Shown piece after piece: positions 1 to 12,400 of a DNA stretch of 41,940 nucleotides. The stretch comes from Macrostomum lignano. Its lineage: Eukaryota. The notes under the pieces were generated by a model. The model made no database searches and had not been told where the DNA came from. It was given only the letters and a program-made list of their open reading frames with translations. Position 1 is the first letter of the stretch, and each line of letters starts with the position of its first letter. The position numbers and the translations under genes are program-made. The stretch covers positions 1 through 41,940 of the forward strand of contig NIVC01004561.1 of NCBI GenBank assembly GCA_002269645.1. The letters are read 5' to 3'.

Positions 1-479
1 TAAAAAATAGCCTATATAGCCGGATCCGGAAAATTTGCAGATTTTCTAATTTAAGTTTCAACGCTGACTTGCAAGTCTAGGAATAGTGATCGAACATACA
101 CACACAGACAAACAAAGCATTTTAGTATACAAATTTGCAGTTTTCCCATATGCAGGTTTCGACGCTAAATTGACACGCCACTAGTCTAGGAGTTAAATTG
201 CAATAGTAGGCCTATATTATGTATATAAAGAGTCAGATATTTTAAAAGCTTGCCTTTATGTTGACTTTATAGCATTTCAAATAGCCGTCGATTTTCCAGG
301 AAGTTTGTTGGTATTAAGACAAATTTTCTTGAAAGCTAGGAAAGCTAGGATTTCTAAGCTTCCTAACTGTTTGCTGTGCTAAAAAATTCTCTTTTTTCAA
401 AATTCTCATATGGATTGGATGTGTTTAAGCACATTGGCCTTATAGTTTTTATTCTTATTGCCATATGCTTAGCCATGGC

Positions 480-3400
480 CCTATGGGCAGGATACGAATG
501 CCAACGTCAATTAGACGGCGGGCAGTCTTAGCCCTGCGACGAAGATGTCCAGCGGGGAATGTTGAGGAAAGCGTTGAGGCCATCGTAATGGAGCAGACGG
601 CGGGGCGCTCATGATCATGCGGCATGCGCGCCCTTCGTTCTACTGAGAGCCTTCAGGCAGGTCTCTTCATCTGCAGGGCGCAAGCCAGATCAGGCCGCCG
701 TATAACGAGACAGCAGGTCTAACCATTGCAGTGTAGATCCACCAGAGACGCTTGGGGTGAGCCCCAAGGTGGTGCCGACGGCCCTGCGCAGTTGCGCTAG
801 GACTTCGAGGGCCTTTTTGGCTTTAGCTTAAACGTGGGGTGGATCAGTTCAGCGTGTGGTCAAGGGTAATTCAAAGACATTTAGTCTGCTTGCAGAGAGG
901 GATTTCAGCGGCTGAATTTGCCACAATTGGTCCTGTTGGTGAACATGATCGCTCCATCTTAGTCTCAGAGAGCTTTAACCACAACAATGCGCCTACTGCT
1001 CAGCGGCGTAGATAAAGTTTTGAAGAAGGTCCCTGAGGGTGTCAGAGGACGGACAGACGCCACCGCGGGTGGTGACATCGTCCGCATATCCTACTTTCAG
1101 AATGGGGTCAGGCCGAGCATCCTGAAGAAGCTCATCGATGACCATATTCCAGAGAACTGGAGACAGCACCCCACGTTGCAGGCTACCTTAGCAGATGAGG
1201 ACCGTCCGCTGGTAGCCCAGACTGGCGGTGGACGTGCTGTGGCTGATCATGTACATGATCCACCTGGTGAGATGTGAGTGCGTTTGCCCTCACAACGGCT
1301 TCGCTATGGGATCTTTCTAGACATCATGGGCGCCTTCGACAACTTCCTCTTCGAGACGTTCCAAAGCTTTTTGAACGACTCGAAGAGGAAGTAGTCGAAG
1401 GCGCCATGATGTCTAGGAAGATACCCAGAGCGAAGCCGTTTCCAAGCACGGCCTTCTTAAGTTTATCGACCAAGACGTGCAGCGCGCTTTCAGTGGAGCA
1501 ACAACTCGAAAGCGTGCTGGTTTTCGCTGAGAGAGCTTGACCAGGTAGGAGGTCAGGATGATTGGTCTGAAGTATTTGATATATAGAATGGTAGTCCGAA
1601 GGCCTGGCTTAGGTATGAAAATCACCTTTGCTTCGGTCCAAGCCTGTTGGACATAACGAAGCGGGATGCATGCCCGGAAAAGGCCGTCGGGTCCTGGAGC
1701 TTTGAAAGGTTTGAATCGAAGGAGTTGGCCGTTCTTCCAATGCGGTCCTCCGTGATGATAGAGGGAGCCAGCGCGTGACCTCCTTCAGAGTGGTCCGGAG
1801 TGGTCAGCAGGTTGACCGGCTCGTTGGGGAAAAATGCAAGAGAGCATTACATCAAGCATTTCACTGGGTTTGTCCGTGAACGTTCCGTCCGGGTTAGGGA
1901 ATCAGTGTTTCTGGCGTTCTGTCTCCACGTAACAAAATTTGGGCTGCGCGCGGCCATCAGGTTGAAGGAGATAACTTGTGATTGGAGAGTGAGGACGCTG
2001 AAAACACCCGCCACGCTCCAATGCTATGGTAGAGCCTGGGTGTTGCGAGTGTGACATCGATAACCTCCGACCACCGACCGTTGTCAAATGTATGGGTGGA
2101 CCCAGAGTTGCAAAACTCAAGGGTCGTGGAGGCAAAATAAACTCGGTGGTTTCAATCCAGCCTTCTGGCTGTTGGGGTGGAGCGCGAGAACCCGCTCAAG
2201 GAGGCTCCTAGCCTGGTACAGCGGCGTTGAATCTGACCGGACCTCCGGGTGCTCCTGACAGGTCTGCGGTTGCGGTTGCCGGATTTAGCAGCGCGAACTG
2301 CCCTACCGGACTGGGAATCGGCCGTTTGCCTCTGCTTCTTTGCTGGAGGAGCCTGGGCTCCAGTTCCGGTTTCGGAAGCCTCAGCATGCTAATTGGCTCC
2401 GTCAGCTTTCCGCCCTTACAGCGAAGGGTGGTCAGCTGAGCCAGGCCAAGGTGGATCGTGGACTCAGGCGACAAGCGATTAGTCCAGGCGTCAGAGAGCC
2501 CTAAGATCACCGTGCCCCCTTCTCCTTGCGGGAAGTGGCGTGGTGTAGGAGCCCGTTGACCTCGAGGTCAGGGTGCACCTTTTGCAGGATCTGCCTAAGC
2601 TGATCCCCTGACTTGATGGCACTGCCGGCCGGGATCCAGACGCGAAAGCGCTGGGTCTTTTGTCGCACGCCCTCGCTTGCGAAGACGAGTTAGCCGAGCT
2701 TCTTTAGCCAATTCAATTTCGGCAGAAGCTCCTTAGACTGCGGCTGCTCTCCTCCGAGTTGCACCAGATGAAGATACAGCTAGCCGTCAGTCTTTGCTGA
2801 TCTGACTACGCTCACGGAGCGGCCTGCCAGGAGCTGGTCAATATAAGCGCGGCGTTGATGGTGCACCAGGCACTGTCGAGCTCATCGGCAGTGAGGTCTT
2901 GCTCCTCCCGAAGACGATGACCGCCGGTTGGAGCTTGACCTTTAAGGCGTAGTTGGTGGTCCCGAAGGCCCGGCCGTGCTGATGGCAGGTTTGCTGGGTG
3001 GCATACCATCGGGGGTTGTTTCCTGGGGGGCAGGGGTTGCTGTGGTTCCTATATCGGCCTAACAGCGGCCTCGCCCTCCCGAGGTTTCTCCCTCCGCAAG
3101 TGGCCAGCCCGCAGCTTCCCTGTCCCGTTGTCGCCGTCGTCGCTCATTCCGGCGTTGGTTACGAGCACGTCGGGCCTCTGCAGAGGGCCTGGGTGCGCAT
3201 GTGGGCTTGTCGCCAGACGAGCCGGCGTCGAGCCCAACTGCCCTCAATGTGGCGGTGCTGGCGCAAGAATCACCGGCTGGAGTTGCCGGGGTCCCGGCTT
3301 CAGCGGGATTGTTAGAGGCGGTGGATGTTATTGCTGAAAGCGGGAATTAGTGAGCGGAGTCACAAAAATAATGAAAAAAGAGAAAAGGACCGCTAGCGAC

Positions 3401-3750
3401 CGGACTACTCCCCGACCTTCCAGCTCATCGGCACGGTCAAACACCTTAGACATCAGAAGGTACGTTAAGCAGTACCACGGCCTGCAGGCTGGCGAGCCAG
3501 TTTCACATACCCAAGTTCGGCCAAAGCCACTGGAGGGTACCCAGCGTCGGAGCCCAGTCTGTCCAGCGGTCCTAGGGTTTGCTTTGAACACACGCAGGGA
3601 CGGGTACCCCTGGGTTGGCTTGCGAGACAGCCTGGTGGGGGGGGGGTCTGCGGCAGCCGGATGCAAATAAAGGGTGCAGACCTCCCACCAGCCTTAACCT
3701 GCTGAAGATAGGGGCAGGCGTGAAGCATCGCAGACCTTAGCCCATAGGCC
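480..3750 (-). mobile_element. Degenerate non-LTR retrotransposon (R1/LOA-like LINE) with ORF1, AP-endonuclease and reverse transcriptase remnants; many frameshifts, stops and deletions
   Basis: Minus-strand translations: ORF1-like KTQRFRVWIPAGSAIKSGDQLRQILQKVHPDL...GTVILGLSDAWTNRL (~2660-2440). APE C-terminus NSGSTHTFDNGRWSEVIDVTLATPRLYHSIGAWRVFSASSLSNH (~2110-1970). RT motifs FKPFKAPGPDG (~1715-1685), WTEAKVIFIPKPG...FRPIILTSYLVK, LGIFLDI, GSLQRGVLSPVLWNMVIDELL and LKVGYADDV (YADD at 1088-1077). Post-RT AQLRRAVGT...KRLWWIYTAMVRPAVS (~800-710). Ends are approximate. Confidence 0.9.
1294..1440. repeat. Local inverted duplication (fold-back) inside the LINE RT, ~73-bp arms around the centre AAAGCTTT
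   Basis: 1294-1366 is the reverse complement of 1367-1440 with a few mismatches and indels. The + arm reads FLDIMGAFDNFLFE, a copy of RT domain 3 in the opposite orientation. Confidence 0.9.
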
Positions 3751-4688
3751 TAGTCTGCCTCATACTTCACTGGCATGCTGAATTCGCCTTTGCGTGGGTG
3801 TATAGCTGTATAGCTCAAGTCAGGAACGAAATTTCAACTTTTTATTTTATATTTATCAATAGCGACGGTACAAGTTAAGGACAGTGTATACAGTGGTCCT
3901 TGCGACAGTATTTTACGATTGTGAATCGTATTAATTTGATTAAGGACTTAAGTTAAATATCACGGGAGCAGCTGTGGCGCATGGTACCTAGCTAGTATAT
4001 ATACATGTAGCAACTGTAGTAGCTGGCTGCTACGAGTTTAGAGCTTTTGGAAATTTTGGTTATAGCGCTCTGTGGCAAGTATATTTCTTGTCTTATTATA
4101 AAGCTCGGGGCTTTTCTACCCAGAGTACTAACTGCAGTTGGCGCTGCAATCTGGTTTTAATTTTCAATTTCCTCAAACACAAGTATGTTTTGCTTGATAA
4201 GTAAAAAAAATTACTGCTAGACGACGCATATCCCAGGAAATCATGTGATTCATGACGCACTGTACGTTTGCATACGAACGATACGAGCGTACACCAAGAG
4301 AGAAGAAAGATTTCTTGTGCCAGAGGCACAAGATATGGGGCGGGGTTTCTCAGAAATACAGATGAAGCTGAGCAATCTAGGAGCGAGATATGACGTTCAA
4401 CCGAAGCTGCACAACCCTCTCTCCCACTACCGAGTTGCCATTGGTTATATTCAAATCCCATCTCCAAATCTTCTTCTCTTCCCCTTGAACCCCCACGCGC
4501 TTGTTTCATTTTAACTCCCATTTAGCTATGCGCGCGACAATCTTGGGTCTGATAAGTGTTGATAAAACGGCGAGAGGTCGCGGGCTTAGACTATATTTTT
4601 TTCGTTTTACCGGCCATAATATTAACAAAGGCAATCTCCTAAACGACTGATATTCAGCAAATTAGCCCGCAATTGAAACCTATGCAGG

Positions 4689-7600
4689 ATGGGCTCTTGC
4701 TGTAGCCGTTGCACTAATGATGACGATGCATCCGCTGTTATTGGCGCAACTAGTGATGGATTTTTAGCTGCGGCTTCATTTCCATCGTCAGTGACACCTG
4801 TAAGTTTCCGGCCGCGCCAACAGCATGACGAAATTATTCAACAGCAAATCTTGCCGCCTGTAAAGCAGGGGGTAGAGAACGCAGCTTTCAGTCGTAGTGA
4901 TGAGGCATCAACAGCACCAGACCTCTGCCAAGCCTCAGCCTCAGCCAAGTCAGTATCGAACGGACCAAAGTGCCACTTTCACTTTCCTGATTGGTTGGGA
5001 ACTATGGCTACCCGAGCTTCGCGTCACCGCCATCTGCACCAGCAAAGTCGGGCACGGGATGGTGGACCTTCTTCAAGCAACAATCGGCGTAAGCTGACTG
5101 GCATTATTGAGCAAGTGAACGAATGCGCACACGTCAGTGATGCATACGAAACCGGTGTAAATGGGACAGAGTTCCTAAACAACTTGCCGGCTAAAATGTC
5201 TTCGTTACAATACTCCGGTGATGACTCTGCTTTCTGTTTACACCGGCAGCTAACGAGGGATCACGGTGCCACTAGTTCGCTTCGTCAGGAACCTGTCAGT
5301 CGAACTATTCCCTCCGAGTCCACGGATCACCAAAACAATCTTGATGGGGAGCAGCACCAAAATGGTAACCACCTTTGTCACAGTCACCACAGCTTCCATG
5401 GCGATGACGTTTACCGAATATTCGTCGAGTCTTCATGGCACGTCAAGTCGTCTATTCTTTCTCTGGTAAATTTTTCACATGTAAAATCTGTGCGAAAACT
5501 GATGACAATTTTATGCGAGATTTAGTCAACCATTAAATTTTTAGTTCGCCGCGAACTTATCTAAAAGTAGCAATGGAAACGGGGCAAAGAAACGGAAGAA
5601 TGAATGGATTCAATTATCGGGTCATTGTGGTGAGCCATGCGATTTGTTCTATGATTTTCCTGTTTTCTTTGACCCATGCACCCAGTTAGAAGAACCGCAA
5701 CTCATTAGCAGCAGCAATTGGCTATTCGAATGTTTAAATTAGTCTAGTTTGTTCGTTCGGAGCTTCTCAAAATGCATTAATCACAAGCGTTAACGGCATA
5801 TTTCAAGTACACAGTCAAACAGTTACTTTTGACAATGGCCGAAATCAGTTCTTTTAACAGTAGAACTACCAAGAGGGGGGGGGGAATTTCCCCCCCCCTG
5901 ACAATTTTTTTCGCTGCGCCGGAACGGAGCAACGCAGGCACACGAAATTTAAGAACACGGGCTAACTTTTTGTTGCGCACCTTCTCAAACAAGAATCAAG
6001 TCGCCAGCCCTCGCCAGACGGCGTCGGGGTGATGGCTGAATGCTTGACTGACTAGCTGAGGATGTCCAGCAGTTGATTTTTGCCCACTATCGAGGCTTGA
6101 TCAGCGAAACTAGAGAAATTCTTATCAGGCTGTCCATAGTCACCTGGTGTAATCTGTTGAAGGAGCCGACGGCGTCGGGATGATGACGGAATGCTTGAGA
6201 GACTAGCTGAAAATGTCTGGCGGTTGATTCTTGCCCACTGTCGAGGCTTGATCGGCGAAACTAGAGAAATCCGCATCAGGGTGTCCATAGTCACCTGGTG
6301 CCACAGCTGTTGAGGGTCCAGAAGCTCCACTTGGGTGAAGGCTAGTGACCAACGAAGTCAGAACTGATGCAGACACATGTGTTCGACGTTCTGATGAAAT
6401 TTGGAGACTTGGCAAGGCGGCACTGAGGCGCAGTGCTAATTGGCGCACAGGGGTGTACTGAATACACTAGCACTTAGCTCGTATGGGAAAAATCCGACCT
6501 TCTGGCAGAATCGTCGAATATCTCGACGGTCCGAAGGGCTGGCGACTTGATTCTTGTTTGAGAAGGTGCGCAACAAAAAGTTAGCCCGTGTTCTTAAATT
6601 TCGTGTGCCTGCGTTGCTCTGTTCCGGCGCAGCGAAAAAAATTGTCAGGGGGGGGAATTTTTCCCCCCCTTTTGGTAGTTCGACGGGCGGAAAAATGGCT
6701 TGGTATTCCTACTGTTAACTTAGCATATGAATATCATCCTGCTTCAGGCACATTTGCGGTGGCAGGCCCATGGAGCATTTGGAAGCGCAGAGACCCACGA
6801 GAAGTAAATGAGCTGCAAGCTTATAAGCTGTTGATGCAAAGCGAACAGCTGAGGCAGTTTGTGCCCATATTCTATCGCGAGGTCGAACACCGGGGAGAGT
6901 GTGAGTTAATCTGAATTATCCACGAATTATCATGCAGTATCCAAAACGAAGTTTAATCTTGCTATGTATTATAGATACTTTAGTATTAGGAACTAATGCT
7001 CAACATTAGTTTGTGTCTGTGGATGTATAGTTTAACCAAGAAGTCAAGATGTTGTTCGATAGGCCACACACAAACTGAGTTTATATGTAAATTTTGGCAC
7101 TGTTCAAAGTCACGCAATGTGATAGTTACGAAGCAAGCAGATATTCCCATTCTACTGACAACTAAGTACACACCACGCCCCCAATGCGCACGCATTTTCG
7201 TACGCCAGTCCCGACAGAGCACTTGATCGAGCCCTGGTTTCTTTAGAGCGAGAGCCGGGGCGCGTTACCACCTGGAGCTGCTCTGCCTCTTTGATGGTCA
7301 AGAAGGAAACTATTCTCATTAAAATAGTTCAAAGATTCGCAAGATCCGATCGACACAAGAAGTAGCCTAATGTCTTTAATCTTCCCTTGTACTAATCAAT
7401 GATTCTTCTAAGCACTTCAGATCAAAGAGGGAGCTAGCAGGTGCGTATAGCCACGCCCAAAAAACAACAGATCACAGATACTTGATCGGATTTATTACAT
7501 CCGTTCTATAGATGAATCTGAATGCAGTGACTGTTTTAACAACGTGTTTTCAGTTGTCCCTGTTGGTGTCTAAAACCTATCATGTTGATTTTTTTAGTTT

Positions 7601-8853
7601 TGGGTTGCGCTTAACTCAACAATGAAGCATCTGCCAGCTATATGAATTGTGTCCTTTCAGATTTCCTTGAACTGGAAGATCTACTTCATCACTTCAAGAA
7701 TCCCAGCATCATGGATGTGAAGATGGGGAGTCGGACTTTCCTGGAGTCCGAGGTGACAAACCCAGTGCTGCGCACGGATTTGTACAAGAAGATGGTCGAG
7801 TTGGATCCCAATGAACCAACTGCAGAAGAGAAGCAGCACCAGGCTGTGACAAAGCTGCGTTACATGCGAGTAAGTCTGTCTGCCAAGGTCAAGTTTGGGC
7901 TGAAATCAGTAATCAAGAGTCTTTATAGCTCTTACGTATTTGTTACTACATGTATAAGCTTAAGAATCCGGAATTGTACGTATCATTTACAATGCATCAA
8001 AATCGAAGTTTATCTATACGTAGTTGATCAGCTTTCGTGCTTCCACACTCTTGCTGGTAGACAATTCGATATTAAAATGCATGTAAAGTATATTTAATTT
8101 TTGTCAGCATTAAAACATTGAAACTTTTCAGTTTCGAGAGAAAGAGAGCACATCAATAACGTTGGGATTTCGCTTAGATGCCATTCGGGTACGTCTCTTA
8201 CTGCCAGTGACACTTATTCAGTGCGAAGAACGCCAGCTAAATCTTAGTACACTTGTACCTTTTTATTTAACAGACAAAAGACCCTAAGACCTGCGAACAG
8301 TACAGTTTACGGCTAAAGACGGCCAAAACAGAAGCTGAGGTAATTAAGCTATTTTGCGCAAACTTCCACTGTCTATGTTACTTTGTGTTGACACCTATCT
8401 GCAGTCGTTTGGTGCCTACATTTTTATACACGCAGGTCGCCGACATCATGCACTACTTCTGCGCATACAATCCGGTCATTATGCGCCAGTACGCTAGACG
8501 GCTCACAGATCTGCGTACTGTGCTGGAAGGCTCCAGCTTCTTCAAGTCTCACGAGGTCCAATGGGTTTCAAAATAGACCATAATTACGGTATACCAACCT
8601 TCAGTTTTATTTCTATCTGTAATTGTCATCTAATTTCCTATTGTAGTTGATTGGGTCGTCACTGCTCTTCCTGCACGATGAGACGCTGAAAGCGAATGCG
8701 TGGATGATCGACTTTGCCAAAACGGTGCCACACCAGGAGCTTCGGCTGAGCCATGCGGTCGAATGGCAGCTGGGCAATCACGAGGATGGCTACCTCACCG
8801 GACTGAATAATCTTATTCGACTGCTGGACGGCATGGCGAATCAGTATGTGTGA
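4689..8853 (+). CDS. IP3K: Inositol-trisphosphate 3-kinase (IPK family; IP3K/ITPK/lfe-2-like), 557 aa
   Basis: join(4689..5465,5545..5629,6748..6900,7661..7869,8132..8188,8274..8339,8436..8555,8647..8853) = 1674 nt, all GT-AG, phases consistent. Motifs: [42 protein letters not shown] (PxxxDxKxG), [49 protein letters not shown]. Confidence 0.95.
5858..6714. mobile_element. Non-autonomous DNA transposon in IP3K intron 2 with ~154-bp TIRs and TTAA (or TA) flanks
   Basis: 5858-6011 matches the reverse complement of 6535-6714, allowing a ~27-bp insertion at 6682-6708. Ends are TTAA|CAGTAG...CTACTG|TTAA. There is an internal 151-bp tandem duplication (6017-6167 and 6168-~6315). Confidence 0.85.
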
Positions 8854-9451
8854 GGAGCGGCCGACATGTTGGATAAATGCGTCACCATGTGCTTAGTATA
8901 AAATTTCTAATGATTGCTCATATGACACGCATGTCAGCTCGAAATACGCTTCCCCAACCCCAAGAACAGCCGGAACTCATACAGGCAGTCATGATTGTGC
9001 CCCTACAGACTCACCTCTAGTAACTAATAGGTTTGTGTCTACACGGATCCAGCTGTATTATTCTTTGCTCATGAGCTTGAGAGGCATTCCAATTCCATTA
9101 TTTTTTGGAAAGTAACTTTTGTAACAAATTGAAGTAACTCGACTGTATACCCTTGGATCATTATTTTCTCTGAACATTCCTGGATGTACAAGCAACGGTA
9201 ATTTAAAAAAAATTAAAGGCTAAGAAAATCGACTTTGTGATGCATTCTATTTCTACGGTTAATCTGTTTTCTTCGAATCCGACTGAATATGTATTCAAAA
9301 GATTGAAAACTCTCTGTACTGTTCTTGTGTCAATTCAGTGTCGGAAATCAATATGTACCAAAGATTCGAGACTGTTTTGCCAACAGAAAATGACTATAGT
9401 TGTTGCTGAATCGTTCAGTCCAATTCGAATTGAAGGTCAGGGTCATCACAC

Positions 9452-12400
9452 CTAAATATGGAGCCTGTAGTCGCGAGTTTCAGGCTCTTGGTTGCGATAG
9501 TCGATCGGCTTCAGGTTGTCCCAGTTGTGGCCCTGGAATTTTATGCAACTTTTATTTAATTTTTCTAAGAATTCATCTCGTATCTTCGTAAAATTAAACG
9601 AACCGTTTCTGAAAGCACGTCTGAAAGGACATAATGTACGTTAACAGCTGTTAGTCTTTGAAACTGCGAGAACAGGCCTCAAAGGAAGTCCTTATATAAG
9701 TCCTTATATGCAGTACCAATGACTTGACCGTTCAGTACTTGTACAATGTATCAGCTCGTAAATTTTTTTTACGCGGTTGTTTACCGAGATTTCCACTCCA
9801 GAGGAGGAGTTGCACGACTGGTGAATACGGCCGGTGCGGTACATTTGCTTCAGGGCGGCCACTTCCATGCGGCCCCATTCTATGCTCTGGTAGTTCTCTT
9901 CGATCGTTTTCTTCCTCGAAGTTTCGGCTCCATAAAGTCTGTCGAATCAAAAATGAATTATGCTTTCTTTTTTGTATAAATTCTAATTCGACCGATGAAT
10001 AATAACACAGACTGATAATGATAACTCACACATTCATTTTTTTGAAGAATCGATCTAAAGTGTTGTCACTGACAATGCTCTTGCACAGTTCAAGCTGACT
10101 CTTCGGGTAGTAAAATACATAGTTCAGGCACATCTCGTTGTTGATCGTCAGGCCGCCGAGAGTGACGTTCCTACGCTTGGACGTGTCGAATGTGCAGGTG
10201 GTCACGAGAGCATCGCCCTTGCAATTGATTATTTTGCTTATTTGCTTAATTTGAACGGTACAATTTGTCATCCTATTGAACTTCAGCCAAAATTCTAGAC
10301 GCATTTATGACTAAAAATTGTATAAAACTTACCGGCAGGACACGAATTGGCTCTGGAAGCAGACGAATTTCCTGGAAATGCGGACTATAATGCTTGTCAT
10401 CGTTAAGAACTCTGACAAAATGACGCGGCCTGTGATGGATTGTCTTCACACGAACCCCTGTCGTATGCGTGTGTAGCTGAGAAGCGAATATCTTGATGCC
10501 GTCCGGTGGAAGCCCCTGTCATTGAAGCCATTCATGAATCATATAAAATATAGCTGCATTATGCAAAAAGACAAAGGGTCTACAAATGTAATATTTCGGC
10601 CTTCATATTTAGTCTTTCAGAACGTACTCTTCCGAGCCTGATTCCACTGCTTCGTGCTTAGCAAATACCTAAAATCTTTAATGTTTTCTCGGCTCAGCGG
10701 TTAACGTGTCTGAATTTCGCATCTTGCACGGGATAATTTAAGGCTCGCGAACAAAGTTTGGCCTGCGGTGAAATTCTCGATGGCTTTCATGAGGCCGATT
10801 CATTCAACCCAGGCAGAGTGTGTACATGCCTGTCGACGAAGAGAAACTCAGGGCCACTCTAAACTCTGTGTGGCGTACTCAGGGGTCGGTGGAATGGGCA
10901 TAACTAAACTACGGAACAGCAAAATACTGCGTAATATTACATTCTATACAAATCGGTAAGCTTGTCGATGAACTCCTACCTCATTTGTGCATTTCGGCAG
11001 GCAAAATCCAGTTAGTTCAAATCTGGGCTCTCCCGGCGGCACTGCGCTGTAGGGCAAATAGTCGAGCCCAAGCTCTATAATTCCGACATCGAATTTCCGC
11101 AGTCTCCGGGTGAGATAGAATCGCAGGCCGCTGCTGTCCACCAGGCCAGATTTACCTGCGGCATTGTTATAGTGCAGTTCTATCACGGCGTACTGAGTTC
11201 CGCTTCGGCCGCTTCGGCCTCCGATGGGCAAGCCAGCCTCGGACGGGTAGAAGATTCCCTGTTCATGGAGTTTGGATGCTTGTACGTCTCACAATGAAGC
11301 CTTGTACAAGGACTACTCAAGTAACATATATATAACTTACTGTGGCGGCCAGACTACGCGACCGGCAGCACCAGTGCAGCCGCACTGGAAACCCCCCCCG
11401 CCTCTGTCTAGCTGAGGTGGGGTGGGTACGCGCCAAGCTAGCCGGCTCGCTAAGCCGGGGGGTTGGCGTAGCCAATCACGCCATGCCACCTTTTCGCACC
11501 TCCCTTGGCCCCTCAATCTCGCACTGTTTGTTATAATCATATAAATACACGCGCAACGCAGTGCAGAATCTTCGCTGCCACTCCATCTATTGAAACTATA
11601 AGGCCTTCCGCCTCATTGGTGAGCCCGACTCCCAGCGCGGAACGCTGGGCCTACCTGGTCGGCCCTGTGCGGTCCTGGCAGCCAACCGCCTTGGCCGACT
11701 GCAACGGCAGCACAGCAGCACCGCAGCACCGCAGCACAGCAGCACCGCAGCACAGCAGCACCGCAGCCCAACCGCACCGCAGCACAGCAGCACCGCAGCC
11801 CAGCAGCACGAATCGGCCCAGTCAGCCCGCCCCCCGGTAGCTCCTGGGGTCTCGCCTTTCGGCCCCCGCGTTGGACCAACCAGCGCCACACGCTGCAGCT
11901 ACTTCTAGGTTAGCACCGCTGCTGCTAGCCTAACGTCCCCAGCCTCTGTGCAAGAGCATCGATCCGGCTCACGGCGGCAACTGACTGTCGATTGCCTCTG
12001 GTGTGGTACGGCCGCGCGCCCCTGCTGCCTTCGGCGCCCACCTGGCGCCCTGCTGCCATCGGCGCCCGCCTGGCGCCCTGCTGCTATCGGCGCCCGCCTG
12101 GCGCCCTGCTGCCATCGGCGCCCGCCTGGCGCCCTGCTGCTATCGGCGCCCGCCTGGCGCCCTGCTGTCTTCGGCGCCCGCCTGGCGTTCTGCTGCCTTC
12201 GGCGCCCGCCTGGCGCCCTGCTGCCTTCGGCGCCCGCCTGGCGCCCTGCTGCCTTCGGCGCCCGCTTCGGCGCCCGCCTGGTGCCCCGCCGCCTTCGGCG
12301 CCCGCCTCGCGCCCCTGCCGCCTTCGGCGCCCGCCTGGCGCCCTGCTGCTACCTTCGGCGCCCGCCTGGCGCCCTGCTGCCTTCGGCGCCCGCCCGGCAC

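Noticed and set aside
1-200. Possible Helitron/DINE-like end (acacacagacaaacaaagcattttagtata) and a short imperfect duplication
   Set aside because: Truncated at the window edge; no hairpin, TSD or terminus could be verified.
987-3728. Many short ORFs in the first 3.7 kb as independent genes
   Set aside because: They are antisense or out-of-frame shadows, or fragments, of the decayed LINE on the minus strand.
3962-3990. tRNA/SINE-head-like GGAGCAGCTGTGGCGCATGGTA
   Set aside because: Too short, with no B-box or body following.
4096-4521. ORFs 4096-4521 (-) and 4245-4514 (+) upstream of IP3K
   Set aside because: No recognisable motifs or supported splice structure; most likely promoter or 5' non-coding sequence.
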